A DNA stretch of 63,096 bases, counting the filler, from Sanchytrium tribonematis (lineage: Eukaryota): NCBI GenBank assembly GCA_018985235.1. It is 28 parts of 28 records of this genome, joined end to end, with 100 filler letters (N's around TTAATTAATTAA, not from the genome) between each part and the next. Parts side by side here need not be neighbours in the genome. Positions count along the whole stretch, not along the records: positions 10,956 to 26,922 come from JADGIG010000140.1; positions 27,023 to 28,128 come from JADGIG010001418.1; positions 28,229 to 29,327 come from JADGIG010001419.1; positions 29,428 to 30,525 come from JADGIG010001420.1; positions 30,626 to 31,721 come from JADGIG010001421.1; 23 more parts are not named here. One strand, given 5' to 3'. The notes beneath the pieces were generated by a model. It saw only the letters and a program-made list of their open reading frames with translations, was not told the origin of the DNA and ran no database searches. Position 1 is the first letter of the stretch, and every line of letters begins with the position of its first letter. The translations under genes were made by a program, and so were the position numbers. Shown here piece after piece: positions 21,240 to 31,821 of the stretch.

Positions 21240-22310
21240 ATGTTGCAAAAGGAAATTACGATTTGTTTGTCGGGTGGAATAGATTCCGCAATAGCTGGCT
21301 ATTTACTAAAGAAAAGAGGGTATAAACTTAAGGCCATTTACATGAAGAACTGGGATACACCTATTACACCTGATCCTACACCAAAAGTTAACAGAAATTT
21401 TGATCTGAGTTGTCCCTTTCACAAAGATTATTTATATGCACAAAATATTGCTGAATTCCTAGAGATTGATTTAAAACTAATTAATTTAGAAAAAGAATAC
21501 TGGAATTTAGTTTTCGAACCTTTTCTAGAGGAATTAAAAGATGGAAACACCCCAAATCCAGATATAACATGCAATCAGTCTATTAAATTTGGAGCTCTTC
21601 GAGACCATTTAGATACCAAATTATTGGCAACGGGACACTATGCGAGGCTTATTAATGGCCATCTGACTAGGGCAAGAGATCGATTTAAAGACCAATCCTA
21701 CTTTCTATGCGAAGTTGAAAATTTTGACAATTGCGTATTTCCTTTAGGAGATATTTTAAAGCTACAGGTTAAATGGCTAGCATACAAGATTTCTAAGTCA
21801 GGCCGACCCAATTCTAAAATTTTTGAAGACCTGCTTCAAAAGAAGGAAAGTATGGGCATTTGTTTTATTGGCAAGAGAAAATTTGGAGACTTTGTTGGCG
21901 AGTACATCGAACATACCAAAGGGAAAGTCATTGATATTCGAAATCATAGAGTCATTTCTGATCATCAAGGTTTGCATCTGTTTACAATAGGGCAAAAAAT
22001 TAGGATTTCTGGCCAGCCTGAAAGTTTGTTCGTAATTCGAAAAAATGAAACCGATATTTATGTTGGACCGCATGATCATCCCGAATTGTTCACCGATACA
22101 ATTAATGCTTCAAAAATTAAATGGGTATTTAAGCCGGATAACTGCAAAGCGTTAAAATACAAATGTCGACACCCAAGTTCTCTAAAAGATTGTACATACG
22201 ATTCAAAATATAATTTAATTAGGTTTTCAATCCCTGTTCGTGCTATGACACCTGGGCAAACACTGTGTTTCTATGATAATGATTTAGTTGTTGGAAGCTT
22301 CAAACTATAA
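21240..22310 (+). CDS. SLM3: Mitochondrial tRNA 2-thiouridylase (MnmA/TRMU)
   Basis: SGGIDS, YMKNWD, TPNPDITCN, ATGHYA, KDQSYFL, ESMGICFIG, TPGQ. Confidence 0.96.
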   Translation: MLQKEITICLSGGIDSAIAGYLLKKRGYKLKAIYMKNWDTPITPDPTPKVNRNFDLSCPFHKDYLYAQNIAEFLEIDLKLINLEKEYWNLVFEPFLEELKDGNTPNPDITCNQSIKFGALRDHLDTKLLATGHYARLINGHLTRARDRFKDQSYFLCEVENFDNCVFPLGDILKLQVKWLAYKISKSGRPNSKIFEDLLQKKESMGICFIGKRKFGDFVGEYIEHTKGKVIDIRNHRVISDHQGLHLFTIGQKIRISGQPESLFVIRKNETDIYVGPHDHPELFTDTINASKIKWVFKPDNCKALKYKCRHPSSLKDCTYDSKYNLIRFSIPVRAMTPGQTLCFYDNDLVVGSFKL

Positions 22311-22397
22311 TTAATTTCAACTTATTTACTAAAATGAAAGCCTTGATATGCTATTGTATTAAGACATTGCTCAAAATAAATCCGGAACTCATACAAC

Positions 22398-22724
22398 TTA
22401 TTGTTCTCTCCACAAATGTTTGCAAGAACAACACTTATAAAATATTGTAGATGGCTCATCCGCACTTCGAGTTTGAACTTGCATAAAATATGCCCTGGTG
22501 TGTTGACACTGGGGACAAATAGTGTCCGTAGCGTCTACATTCTTCCATGCTTCCTCGCCACCCAATACATCATCAACTTGTTTCTTTTTCAAAGGCTGAT
22601 GAAATGAATATGTCTCTCGAATTTTATAGATATATGGGCAAGCAGGGCAAGAAAATCTATTTCTTCCTTCCATCTGGTCGGCTTCAACTAATAACATGTT
22701 TCCACAATTGGGACAAAAAATCAT
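22398..22724 (-). CDS. RPC11: RNA polymerase III subunit C11
   Basis: MIFCPNCGNML, VDDVLGGEEAW, QVQTRSADEP. Confidence 0.97.
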   Translation of the reverse strand: MIFCPNCGNMLLVEADQMEGRNRFSCPACPYIYKIRETYSFHQPLKKKQVDDVLGGEEAWKNVDATDTICPQCQHTRAYFMQVQTRSADEPSTIFYKCCSCKHLWREQ

Positions 22725-22746
22725 GTTTACTCCTTTAAATTTTTGA

Positions 22747-23035
22747 ATGTCAAGTATTGGCAATCCAGGCAATATAAGCTCGAGTAAGTATTCCAGTGCT
22801 CCAGACAAAGGGTCCTTTCCGCTAGACAGATCTGGAAAGTGCAGGACTCAAATGACTTCTTACATAAAGTGCTTGAAAGAAAACAAGCAAAAAACAGAAA
22901 ATTGTAGAAGTCTGAGTGCATTTTATTTAAAATGTAGAATGGAAAAGTATTTTTGATTTATTCAGTCGGTTAATGGATGAAGAAGAATTGTCTATTTTAG
23001 GCTTCCCTCAAGCCAATCTGAAGAAAGATTTTTGA
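22747..23035 (+). CDS. COX19: Cytochrome c oxidase assembly factor (twin CX9C), 19-nt intron at 22947-22965
   Basis: PDKGSFPLD..G.C; spliced end reads YLKCRMENRLMDEEELSILGF. Confidence 0.95.
22947..22965 (+). other. 19-nt intron GTATTTTTGATTTATTCAG
   Basis: Restores the conserved LM....LGF tail of COX19. Confidence 0.93.
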
Positions 23036-23060
23036 GCAGAAAGAGGAGTTAACGGGAGTC

Positions 23061-23381
23061 ATGGGTTCTTTTGTCTGTGATACCTGCCAGGACACTATTA
23101 AGAAAGGCAAAGTAAAAACGCATGTATATAATTGTAATATGTATACAATATCTTGCGTTGATTGCGGCAAAACATTCACTATAAAAACCTACAACTTACA
23201 CAATCAATGTATGACAGAAACCGAAAAATACGCTGGTGCATTGGCAAACGAGCGAGTCAAAAAACAGGCTTCCGAAATCAAAATTGACGATATTAAAGTC
23301 CTGTCAAAAAAAATCAAAAAGGAAAAGAAAAAAAAGAAAAAAACCAACAAAAAATCAAAATCACATGGTCTTATAAAGTAG
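23061..23381 (+). CDS. LYAR-type C2HC zinc-finger nucleolar protein
   Basis: SFVCDTCQDTIKK, SCVDCGKTF, HNQCMTETEKY, Lys-rich tail. Confidence 0.92.
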   Translation: MGSFVCDTCQDTIKKGKVKTHVYNCNMYTISCVDCGKTFTIKTYNLHNQCMTETEKYAGALANERVKKQASEIKIDDIKVLSKKIKKEKKKKKKTNKKSKSHGLIK

Positions 23382-23388
23382 AATAAAT

Positions 23389-24042
23389 TTACTGTTCGTG
23401 TTTTGGGTAGCCAATGTTATGATGATTTTTGATCGAATAGTAACTTTCTGAGTGAACTTGCTTCACAATTCCAACTGGCTCAAAATGTGGTTCCTTTTCA
23501 TTTTTTAAGGATCTAATCTCGGATTTAAGCCGTTCATTTTCTTCTTGAAGTTGATTGACTTTCTTACGACTCTCCTGGTTAATATTTAACAATGTATTCT
23601 TTTCTGCGTTGTGTTTCTCAATAAAATTCTCATGTAATTCTGACATATCATCAATCAATGTATTGATCTTAAGATCGAAGCTTCCAAACTGCTGAAATTT
23701 TAATTGAAGATCATCGTAATCAGATCTTAATTTTTTGTAAGATTCTGCCAAATCGGCCAAATCGTTGTTAGATGTAGATGGAGCATCGGGGTTTGCAGAA
23801 TTTGTAGGCTTTGTCATTATTTTTCTATGAACAATTTCTAGATCATCTATAATCTTGATAATTTCATCATCAATTATGGAAATCCGACGAACACTGCCCT
23901 TGCTCATTTTACTCTTCTGTTTTATTTCATCAAGTTCATCCTGAAGCTTATCAATCTGTTGTTGTTGCTCGACATTTCTGGTTAACAACGTTTGGCGAGT
24001 GTTTCGCAACGCACGGTTTTGTTCTTCCAAATCGAGTTCCAT
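23389..24042 (-). CDS. Coiled-coil hypothetical protein
   Basis: 217-aa ORF with heptad composition. Confidence 0.75.
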   Translation of the reverse strand: MELDLEEQNRALRNTRQTLLTRNVEQQQQIDKLQDELDEIKQKSKMSKGSVRRISIIDDEIIKIIDDLEIVHRKIMTKPTNSANPDAPSTSNNDLADLAESYKKLRSDYDDLQLKFQQFGSFDLKINTLIDDMSELHENFIEKHNAEKNTLLNINQESRKKVNQLQEENERLKSEIRSLKNEKEPHFEPVGIVKQVHSESYYSIKNHHNIGYPKHEQ

Positions 24043-24085
24043 CTCCTTTGTTTGAGTTTGGCAAATGAAGTGAAACTTTTTATTT

Positions 24086-25330
24086 TCAATACAAACCCGG
24101 TATAATTTTATATTTCACAATCTCGCAATACTTGTTCCAGCCATCACCATACTTTTTTGAGCATTTTTGATCATCCCTTATACTTCTATGGATTAATAAA
24201 ACAGTCAAGTAAATTGGATACAACAGAGTCACTTCATTAAATGTTCCAGTCGTACACCACGCCAAACTTGCCAATATTTCAGGGACATAATTGAAATGTC
24301 TGCTCCATCCCCAAAATCCGGTGTAAAGTAACTTTGATTCTTGTAGTCCTTGATCTGTCTCATATTCTACAGTTAATATTCGCGCTTGTTTCCCAAACAG
24401 AAAACAATTACCATCAGTTTGTCTTGCAAGTTGCCTTTGGTAGTCTACCCAATAATTTAGTCCTATCATCAAAAGCCCGAAAATTCCAAAAACAAAAGAA
24501 ATCGAAAACCCAGAATCCACTTTTGACTGATGCATCCAATAGTAGCTGCTTAGTGTGTAAAATGTTGGGATCAAACAGACACAGCCGTAGCATATCATAA
24601 AGCCAGCATGGTCAACAATAATGTCAATCGACTTCATATATCCGCTTTCCCACCAGAAGAATTTGGCAATGTATATTGATTGCAGAGCAAAACAAACGAG
24701 AGCATTTGTGGAGTAATGAGCTTTAAAAAAGCAATAAATTATAATGTTCCACAACATCATTCCATACCTACAATTTGTAAATAATTTAATGTCAAAGTTG
24801 CGAATTCTAGGGTATAATTCAATACCCCAATATAAATCAAATAAAAAGTTAGATCTAAAATACTCACCATGACTAGGATAGAATATTCCTTTTATATAAA
24901 GAAGAATAACAACTAAAATTCCTATAAAATTACTGAATATCGTATAAACTACAAAATTTTCCGCTAAAAGCTTCACATCAAATTGTCCCTGAATTTCCAT
25001 ACCTGCCATCATACTCATTGTTAAGACGTAATAAATAAATCCATTATCTCTGTATCTGGGGGTAAACCCAGTAGAAGTTTCTGGTCCATAATAATATTTT
25101 CCAAATGGTATATACTGAGAAGCTGCTGCCCATATAACAAACAAAATCCATTGTTTAATCCATTTAAAAGAAGCCGCATTTGACAATAAATTAGGTATTT
25201 CTGCTATACTATTTCCAGATACGTAAGAAATTAATAATATATTTAGAAATGGAACCACAAGTATAGCTATGAGCGGAAACAAGTTATATTTCCATAGTTG
25301 CTCTAGTTGAGATCGTCTCTCAACCAACAT
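24086..25330 (-). CDS. DHCR7: Sterol delta-7 reductase (ERG4/ERG24 family, DHCR7/DWF5 type)
   Basis: YWGIELYPR, FDIKLFTNCR.GMM, KFFWWESGY, GFWGWSRHFNY, RDDQKCSKKYG. Confidence 0.88.
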   Translation of the reverse strand: MLVERRSQLEQLWKYNLFPLIAILVVPFLNILLISYVSGNSIAEIPNLLSNAASFKWIKQWILFVIWAAASQYIPFGKYYYGPETSTGFTPRYRDNGFIYYVLTMSMMAGMEIQGQFDVKLLAENFVVYTIFSNFIGILVVILLYIKGIFYPSHGEYFRSNFLFDLYWGIELYPRIRNFDIKLFTNCRYGMMLWNIIIYCFFKAHYSTNALVCFALQSIYIAKFFWWESGYMKSIDIIVDHAGFMICYGCVCLIPTFYTLSSYYWMHQSKVDSGFSISFVFGIFGLLMIGLNYWVDYQRQLARQTDGNCFLFGKQARILTVEYETDQGLQESKLLYTGFWGWSRHFNYVPEILASLAWCTTGTFNEVTLLYPIYLTVLLIHRSIRDDQKCSKKYGDGWNKYCEIVKYKIIPGLY

Positions 25331-25594
25331 TTGTTTCAGGTTCCCCAGATTTTGTAAAATTGCACTTATTACGGGGAAATGTAACAAAATAACGAGTCAT
25401 CCTTAGTAATGAGGTGCTCGTATAATTTAAGGCACGAATTAACGCTTACAATGACCTTGGCTGAAATTTGTTAGACTTTTGAGATTTTAAATTTCATTTT
25501 TGTCTTGAAATTCCTATGTTGAAAATATATCATAAAAACTGGTTTCACTAAGATCTTTGCCTAAGGGTTCAAGCAATTCATTCTTGATCACACA

Positions 25595-26915
25595 ATGAAC
25601 CCGAAACAATTTAATAAACATTTAAATATGAATGCAATATATTTGAGTGAATTTCAAGACAACTTCAGTGAATTGGATGAGTTTCTATGTATGTATATAA
25701 ATGAAAATAATATTATTCTTAGAATGGAATGGTTTGGAGTTTTGGAAATTGTGTTTCCTGATCAATATTATGATGTATTGAAAATGGCAGTACAAGATTT
25801 GATTGAGATGAATGCATTAAATGGGTTCATAATCCAAGACCATTTACTTGTGGTTCACCCGGACGAAGAAATCGAAAGAGTTTCCAACATAATCAATGAA
25901 TTGAAAGAAGAAAGAGACTTGGAAATACTTGTTGACTGCCTTAATTTGAAAAAGTATTACAGTTCCACTCTACGAAGACTTGAATGGACCATGAAGTATG
26001 GAGATGTCGATGATCAACATATAAAGATTCTAAGTAGAACAATCTTTGTTTCGAGGCTCGGCAGAGCCAATGTACAGCAAATCAGAACCTTGTTTCGACA
26101 ATTCGGTTATATCGATAAAATCGATTATGATCAATTGAAAAAACGATGTTTTATCAAATATAGGTACAGGATAGGAGCATCTGCAGCTATAGAAGCTGTT
26201 TTGCACTTAAATGACACCAAATTACTTGTTCGATATGCATGGCCATTTGGTAGTCGCAACTAACTTAGGACCTCAAGATGATTTTTTCTACGACGAAGGC
26301 TATTCTGTCACCCATATCGAGAGATTTACGGAAGCGGATATCAAGGCACTAGTTGATTGTCGACATGGTGGAATGAAAACATTTCAAGGAGGGATGACTA
26401 TTGAGGAACCATTTATTCACATGTTTAAAAGCCAGGATTATTTGCCCAAAGACTCTTTCTACGAGCAAAGCCAATTTCAAGGGCCTTGGAGTATTGTATC
26501 TCACAAGCTAGACTGTAACCATATTCAAGTCTTCAGCAGAACTCTTTACGTGGGAAATCTGTGCAATACAAACAAATATGAACTAGCTGATTATTTTAAT
26601 TACAACGATAAGATACAAATTGAATCCTTGGAATATGTTGATGCTAGACATTGCTGCTTCTTGAAGTTAAAAACAAGAAAGATGGCAGAATTAGTCTTGA
26701 AGGCATACCATTTAAAAATTTATAACAATAATGTTATAAAAATTGGATTTGCTTGTGGATTTGGCCCCAAAGAAGCATTTGATTACAAAAAAGGTGTAAG
26801 TATGATTCCTGTTTACAACTTAACTCAATTAGATCATAAATTGCTCAAAGCATCTAATATCATATTAAAAGGCAGCCAAATTATAGATGAACCGATGGCA
26901 TTCCTGAACAAATAG
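25595..26915 (+). CDS. Protein with two Nrd1/Seb1-type RRM modules, 19-nt intron at 26250-26268
   Basis: Two repeats of HI...SRT(I/L)(F/Y)V...(C)F.K...R..A...FGP.....G.S; the first FGP forms only after splicing. Confidence 0.8.
26250..26268 (+). other. 19-nt intron GTAGTCGCAACTAACTTAG
   Basis: Contains a canonical ACTAAC branch site; joins WPF-G-PQDD. Confidence 0.93.
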
Positions 26916-27022
26916 CAAAATGNNNNNNNNNNNNNNNNNNNNNNNNNNNNNNNNNNNNNNNNNNNNTTAATTAATTAANNNNNNNNNNNNNNNNNNNNNN
27001 NNNNNNNNNNNNNNNNNNNNNN

Positions 27023-28128
27023 TAGATGTGATGATGGGATTGGCAACAGTCAATTGATCATTTGGCGTATATTTGGGCAAAACATTGCCATTTCCAAATC
27101 TATTTGAAACTACAATTTCATTGTTAAAAACCCATACAACTATCATATCACCCACCATATTAGCACCCAATCCCAATGAACCCCATCCGAATCCATCCAT
27201 GGTGATTTTAACTGTCATTAAATTGGATTCTGGTTGGAATTTAAAATCAAAACAAATCTTGCTAAAACAGTAATTAACAAGACTGAGTGGGATATAAGTA
27301 GCAGATGTACTTTGTAAAGTAGTAGTAGCTAGTTGTGCTTGTATACCAATGAATAAATAATCTTCTGCTCGATTATCTCCATGATTTAATAATTGGCCAT
27401 TTTGTAAATTACCATATGCCCAAATAATGGGATTACTCCCAATTTTAATTGAATTCTGCCATTGCGTATTGGTATTATTAAGCAATCTTGAGAATATAGC
27501 AGTATTTGAATTGCCTTTTGTCAATGAAATTAATTTAAATTCATTTGCATTTGGGGTAAATTCTACTGGCATCACGTAATCATTGCTGCTTCTAGTCACT
27601 AATTTCAAAATATTTCCATCATTTTGAATGGTAAAGCAGTCTGCCTTTGTCATGGCATCACCAATGCAGAAACCTATGAAACCAATCATGCTTTGAGTTT
27701 GCATGGTAAAATAGGCATTTGTGGCATCCGTATTTGCAGAAATACATAAAATGTTGTTGGCATAGCATTGCATATCAGAGAAGATAGTGGTGGATGGTTG
27801 ATTTGTCGTATATTTCCATTCAAATGTAGCAAAAGAATCAGATGATTTGATGGGTGTAATTAAAAGTGTATTTACGGGTGTATTCACTGGCGCATTCATA
27901 GGAGTATCCACAGGTGTATCACTCATAATGGCATTGGTCATTTGCACATTATTTGTATTCGTATTTACAATATTACTTGTAAATGCATTTGATTTTGCAT
28001 TTGTAAGCACTGTTTGACCCTGTTGATTATTAGTAGAAGTGATTACTGCTTGATTAACAGTAGCAATAGAGGCTGTAAACGTAGATGAAGTAGCTGGTGG
28101 ACTATTCAATGGAATACTCAAAGTGCTT
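27023..28128 (-). CDS. Ser/Thr/Asn-rich protein with tandem DOMON-like domains, partial
   Basis: GFIGFCIGDAMTKAD, IIWAYG...H, GWGSLGLGANMVGDMIVVW. Confidence 0.75.
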
Positions 28129-28228
28129 NNNNNNNNNNNNNNNNNNNNNNNNNNNNNNNNNNNNNNNNNNNNTTAATTAATTAANNNNNNNNNNNNNNNN
28201 NNNNNNNNNNNNNNNNNNNNNNNNNNNN

Positions 28229-28943
28229 GGAATCTCTACAATTAGTAAAAAAAACCGTGAAACTTCGGATGAATGGCAAAGGAATTATAGACAATGAATA
28301 TTGGGACTTTGTTTTAAGCAGAATCTATTTCAAGATTTCAGAAACTGTTTTACGAGATTTTATCCATCAGAGGTATGAGAGATATGGAAGGGTGTTGCAA
28401 AAAACTTTGTCTGCCAAAGGAAATGGTATAGACTATGTTGACGAATTAAACGATTTGATTTTCAATCAAATTGAAAAAATACAAATTATGAAACTTGAAA
28501 ATGAGGAACAAGATCCTTGGATCATTGAGCAAATTGCAAAAATGCCACTGACGCAAGGCGAAATGTTGTTTCATGACATGGATCCGGATAATGGAATCAA
28601 GCCCAAATATTTTTGTAGAGTTCTATGTGGAATTGAATGGTCTTCTTATAATCAAGCTAATTTTACTTCGGAAAACCTGCCGGATACTCAAATATTGGGA
28701 TACAAGTTTTCAATTTTTTATCCCAATCTAGATGGTGTACCGGATTATGAGAAAACCCCAGACTCAGAAAGCAAGGATCACGAAATAGTTGTATTTAAAA
28801 GCTCAAAGCCTTATGCAAACTTGAGATTCCGAATTTTGAAAAGAGAATGGGAAACAAATTACAAAAGAGGATTCAATTGTGTTTTTGAAAACAAGGTATT
28901 ACACTTGGAATTTAAGTTTAAAAAATTTGTTTATAGACCTTAG
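28229..28943 (+). CDS. Cactin (spliceosomal factor), C-terminal part
   Basis: KPKYFCRV..GIEWSSYNQ, GYKFSIFYPNL, PYANLRFRI..REW, GFNCVFE. Confidence 0.9.
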
Positions 28944-28960
28944 TGTATTTGAGAATTTCT

Positions 28961-29327
28961 TTAAGCATACAGTCTCCTAAATTTGATAAGACCTTTTGCA
29001 ATCGGAATTTCCGGTTTGCTTTCCTCAACAGTGCGAGTTTTTATATTTGGCCCTATTCCAATTAAACTCTCATACGTAGGATATTCGAATTGTAACTCTT
29101 CGTCCGGTTTCTCATCTGCAATTAGAAAGTCAGAATAAGTGTCTTTCAAGAAAGAGATATCCTTGGGATCAAATAAATCGTAGCATATTTTATCGCAGGC
29201 ACTATCATCTTTTTGAAGGCTTTCTAACTCGATTGTCAAGTCTTGAATTTCTCTTGTACATTCGTCCTTCAAATCATTAAACACAAGTTTCAAATTTTTG
29301 ACTTCATGGTAGGATTGCTTCAACTTT
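28961..29327 (-). CDS. Hypothetical protein, C-terminal fragment
   Basis: Open to the contig end; convergent with cactin. Confidence 0.6.
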
Positions 29328-29572
29328 NNNNNNNNNNNNNNNNNNNNNNNNNNNNNNNNNNNNNNNNNNNNTTAATTAATTAANNNNNNNNNNNNNNNNN
29401 NNNNNNNNNNNNNNNNNNNNNNNNNNNCAACAAGGTCAATCAGTCCTGATTTGTGTGAGGCTAACCCATTTAATACCGATTCGATACTATTCTGGGAGCC
29501 TTGATGGCTCAATTAATAAATGCAAAGTCATATTATTAATTTTGAAAACTTTTAATTTTTAAATTTGAAGAG

Positions 29573-29690
29573 AAAAAAGGTAATATCTTCAGTGATGCAT
29601 CACTTAGTGCATCGCTAAGCCAGTCCGATTAGGAGCGTCTTGCACTTGGTAGTAACGCTTTAGGGTGATCGACAGGATATGATTTTTGCG
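29573..29690 (+). ncRNA. Candidate Sm-class snRNA-like structured RNA (U1/U11-like); ends uncertain
   Basis: Closing helix ATATCTT/AGGATAT, a 9-bp hairpin, a long second stem topped by TTGCACT, then ATTTTTG. G-U pairs favour the + strand. Confidence 0.4.
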
Positions 29691-29704
29691 TATAAGAACT
29701 TAAT

Positions 29705-30091
29705 TTATTTTCCACAATTAGTTTGCAATTGGGATAGGATTTCGTTATAGCGACTTTTTGTCATAATTTCACCATGTGACTTCAATTTTATATGCGTATT
29801 TAAGTGACTAATCGAACCATAGCCTTTTTCACAAAAGAAACACTGGTATATTCTTTCAATTTCGTCACTTCTACGCCTGGGCCGTTTATTGGCTCTGGCA
29901 CCAACCATAAAGTACTGACTAGAGTCTAGATGTTGACTTAGCAATGATTGAGCAACTTGGTTAATTTCCCGATAGTAGTTCAATAGCGACTTTGGTCGAA
30001 TTGGAACAGGAGCTTTCACCTTATTGACTATTGGATAAAGCTTCTGTAATAGTTGATTCTCTTTCTCGACTTGACTAAATTCCACTTGCAT
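29705..30091 (-). CDS. Single C2H2 zinc-finger transcription factor
   Basis: KRPRRRSDEIERIYQCFFCEKGYGSISHLNTHIKLKSHG. Confidence 0.9.
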   Translation of the reverse strand: MQVEFSQVEKENQLLQKLYPIVNKVKAPVPIRPKSLLNYYREINQVAQSLLSQHLDSSQYFMVGARANKRPRRRSDEIERIYQCFFCEKGYGSISHLNTHIKLKSHGEIMTKSRYNEILSQLQTNCGK

Positions 30092-30351
30092 TGTCGCTTA
30101 AGGGATCAGACGTGTTTAAATACGTCAAGGTAGGGTAAAACAATCTAACTTAAGAGATGCAGCATGGTATAATTTTCCGCTAGATCGTTCCAATCATATA
30201 TACTTACAAGACTAAAACAAATAAATAGTTACCCGACATCTACTTAAATAATAATTTTCTTGGTTAGCCTGAAATTTAGCCCAACTTTACTGTACTGATC
30301 TACTTTTTGGATGACTCCTTCCAATATCGCTATAAGATAAGTAATTATTTA

Positions 30352-30525
30352 TTACTGTTGCTGTTGACTTTGATTACGTAATTTAAGAGCAATGTATTCA
30401 CTCTTACGAATTGGGCGGCCACCGTGAATTTTTTTGACGTGGGTGTTTAAGTGCGAAACTTGCCCATAGCCTTTTTCACAATGGAAACATTGATAGCATC
30501 TATTAACAAGACTAGATTGCGTTCT
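30352..30525 (-). CDS. Second, tandem C2H2 paralog, C-terminal fragment (not in ORF track)
   Basis: RCYQCFHCEKGYGQVSHLNTHVKKIHGGRPIRKSEYIALKLRNQSQQQQ*. Confidence 0.85.
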   Translation of the reverse strand, partial: RTQSSLVNRCYQCFHCEKGYGQVSHLNTHVKKIHGGRPIRKSEYIALKLRNQSQQQQ

Positions 30526-30675
30526 NNNNNNNNNNNNNNNNNNNNNNNNNNNNNNNNNNNNNNNNNNNNTTAATTAATTAANNNNNNNNNNNNNNNNNNN
30601 NNNNNNNNNNNNNNNNNNNNNNNNNATATGCTTGGCCAATCACAGTGTCCAATCATTTATTTAAAGTTTTCCAAA

Positions 30676-31721
30676 TTATTGCTGCAATGCAAAGTTTTTA
30701 AAAGCATTATCCATAGCATCCAACATTACCAATTCGTCAACAGATTCCATGTCGCTATCGTTGAGAAGCAAATCTGCTTCGTTAATTTCTTGGTCCATGA
30801 CTTCAGTTAGGCAACTTTCAGTAATACTTTTCAACCAATTTAATAGAAATAAAGTATTGAAGTGAGAATAACCTTTGTTAATAAATGTCTCGGTCTTCTC
30901 GTGTCTATATCTCAAGTAACAAATTAATGCGATTGTTCTATGAAAGGATTCAATTTCTTGTACCATTGGAGAATCAAATTTAACTCCATTAAATAAAATC
31001 AATTTCTCATTCGCAAATTCTGGGAATTGACTCGGTTGCTGTAAATCACTCATAATATCCCACACATTTTCAGAATTAAATTTTGGATGAAGGAGACCCG
31101 GAAAGCTAACTTTCAAGTGGTCAACGATGTCAAAATACTTCTTGGTCGCAAAAGCACTAGCTATCTATGTTAATTTCAATTACTTTCACAAGAGTATTAG
31201 ATTCAGGACAAGGTCGACTAGTACATGGAGCACAACAAAAGTAGTATTTCTCTTCTAATGGAAGAGCGACTCTTTCCAATAGCGAGGCGCGACCAAGAAA
31301 TGAATCTAAATCGCACACGAATGCGTCCTCTGCTTCACATGTTGAGTATTGAATAAATGTCTTAATTAATCTAGAAAAAGAATTCACCATGGGAAGACAT
31401 TTTTTAAACTTGTTAATCTGAGTAAATGTGGGAAAGAAACCCATTCGCAAGGGTTCCATTGGCTCAGTAGTCATATAAGCTCTCAAAATATTGAAATGTT
31501 GCTTGTAGAAAGTTGTTACATATCCTTTATCGAAAATACCAAAACGTCCAGCACGACCTGCAATTTGATGCACTTGTGCATGGTCTACATTTGTAGTTTT
31601 TTTCCAAATCTGTCTATGCATCGACAAAAACACAACTCTTTTAATATTTAAATTTAATCCCATTCCAACAGCATCAGTTGCAACGAGAATCTCTTTTTTG
31701 CCCTTGTTAAAAAGTTCAGCT
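30676..31721 (-). CDS. SUV3: Mitochondrial RNA helicase, 5' partial, 19-nt intron at 31165-31183
   Basis: LVATDAVGMGLNLNIKRVVF, QIAGRAGRFG, IESFHR...Y.YLRYR. Confidence 0.93.
31165..31183 (-). other. 19-nt intron GTAATTGAAATTAACATAG
   Basis: Joins TLVK|IASAFATKK into the downstream ORF. Confidence 0.9.
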
Positions 31722-31821
31722 NNNNNNNNNNNNNNNNNNNNNNNNNNNNNNNNNNNNNNNNNNNNTTAATTAATTAANNNNNNNNNNNNNNNNNNNNNNN
31801 NNNNNNNNNNNNNNNNNNNNN

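Noticed and set aside
29575..29685. Minus-strand reading of the structured island as 5S rRNA or another Pol III RNA ending in T6
   Set aside because: Only patchy similarity, about 20 nt too short, and several G-U pairs become A-C mismatches on that strand.
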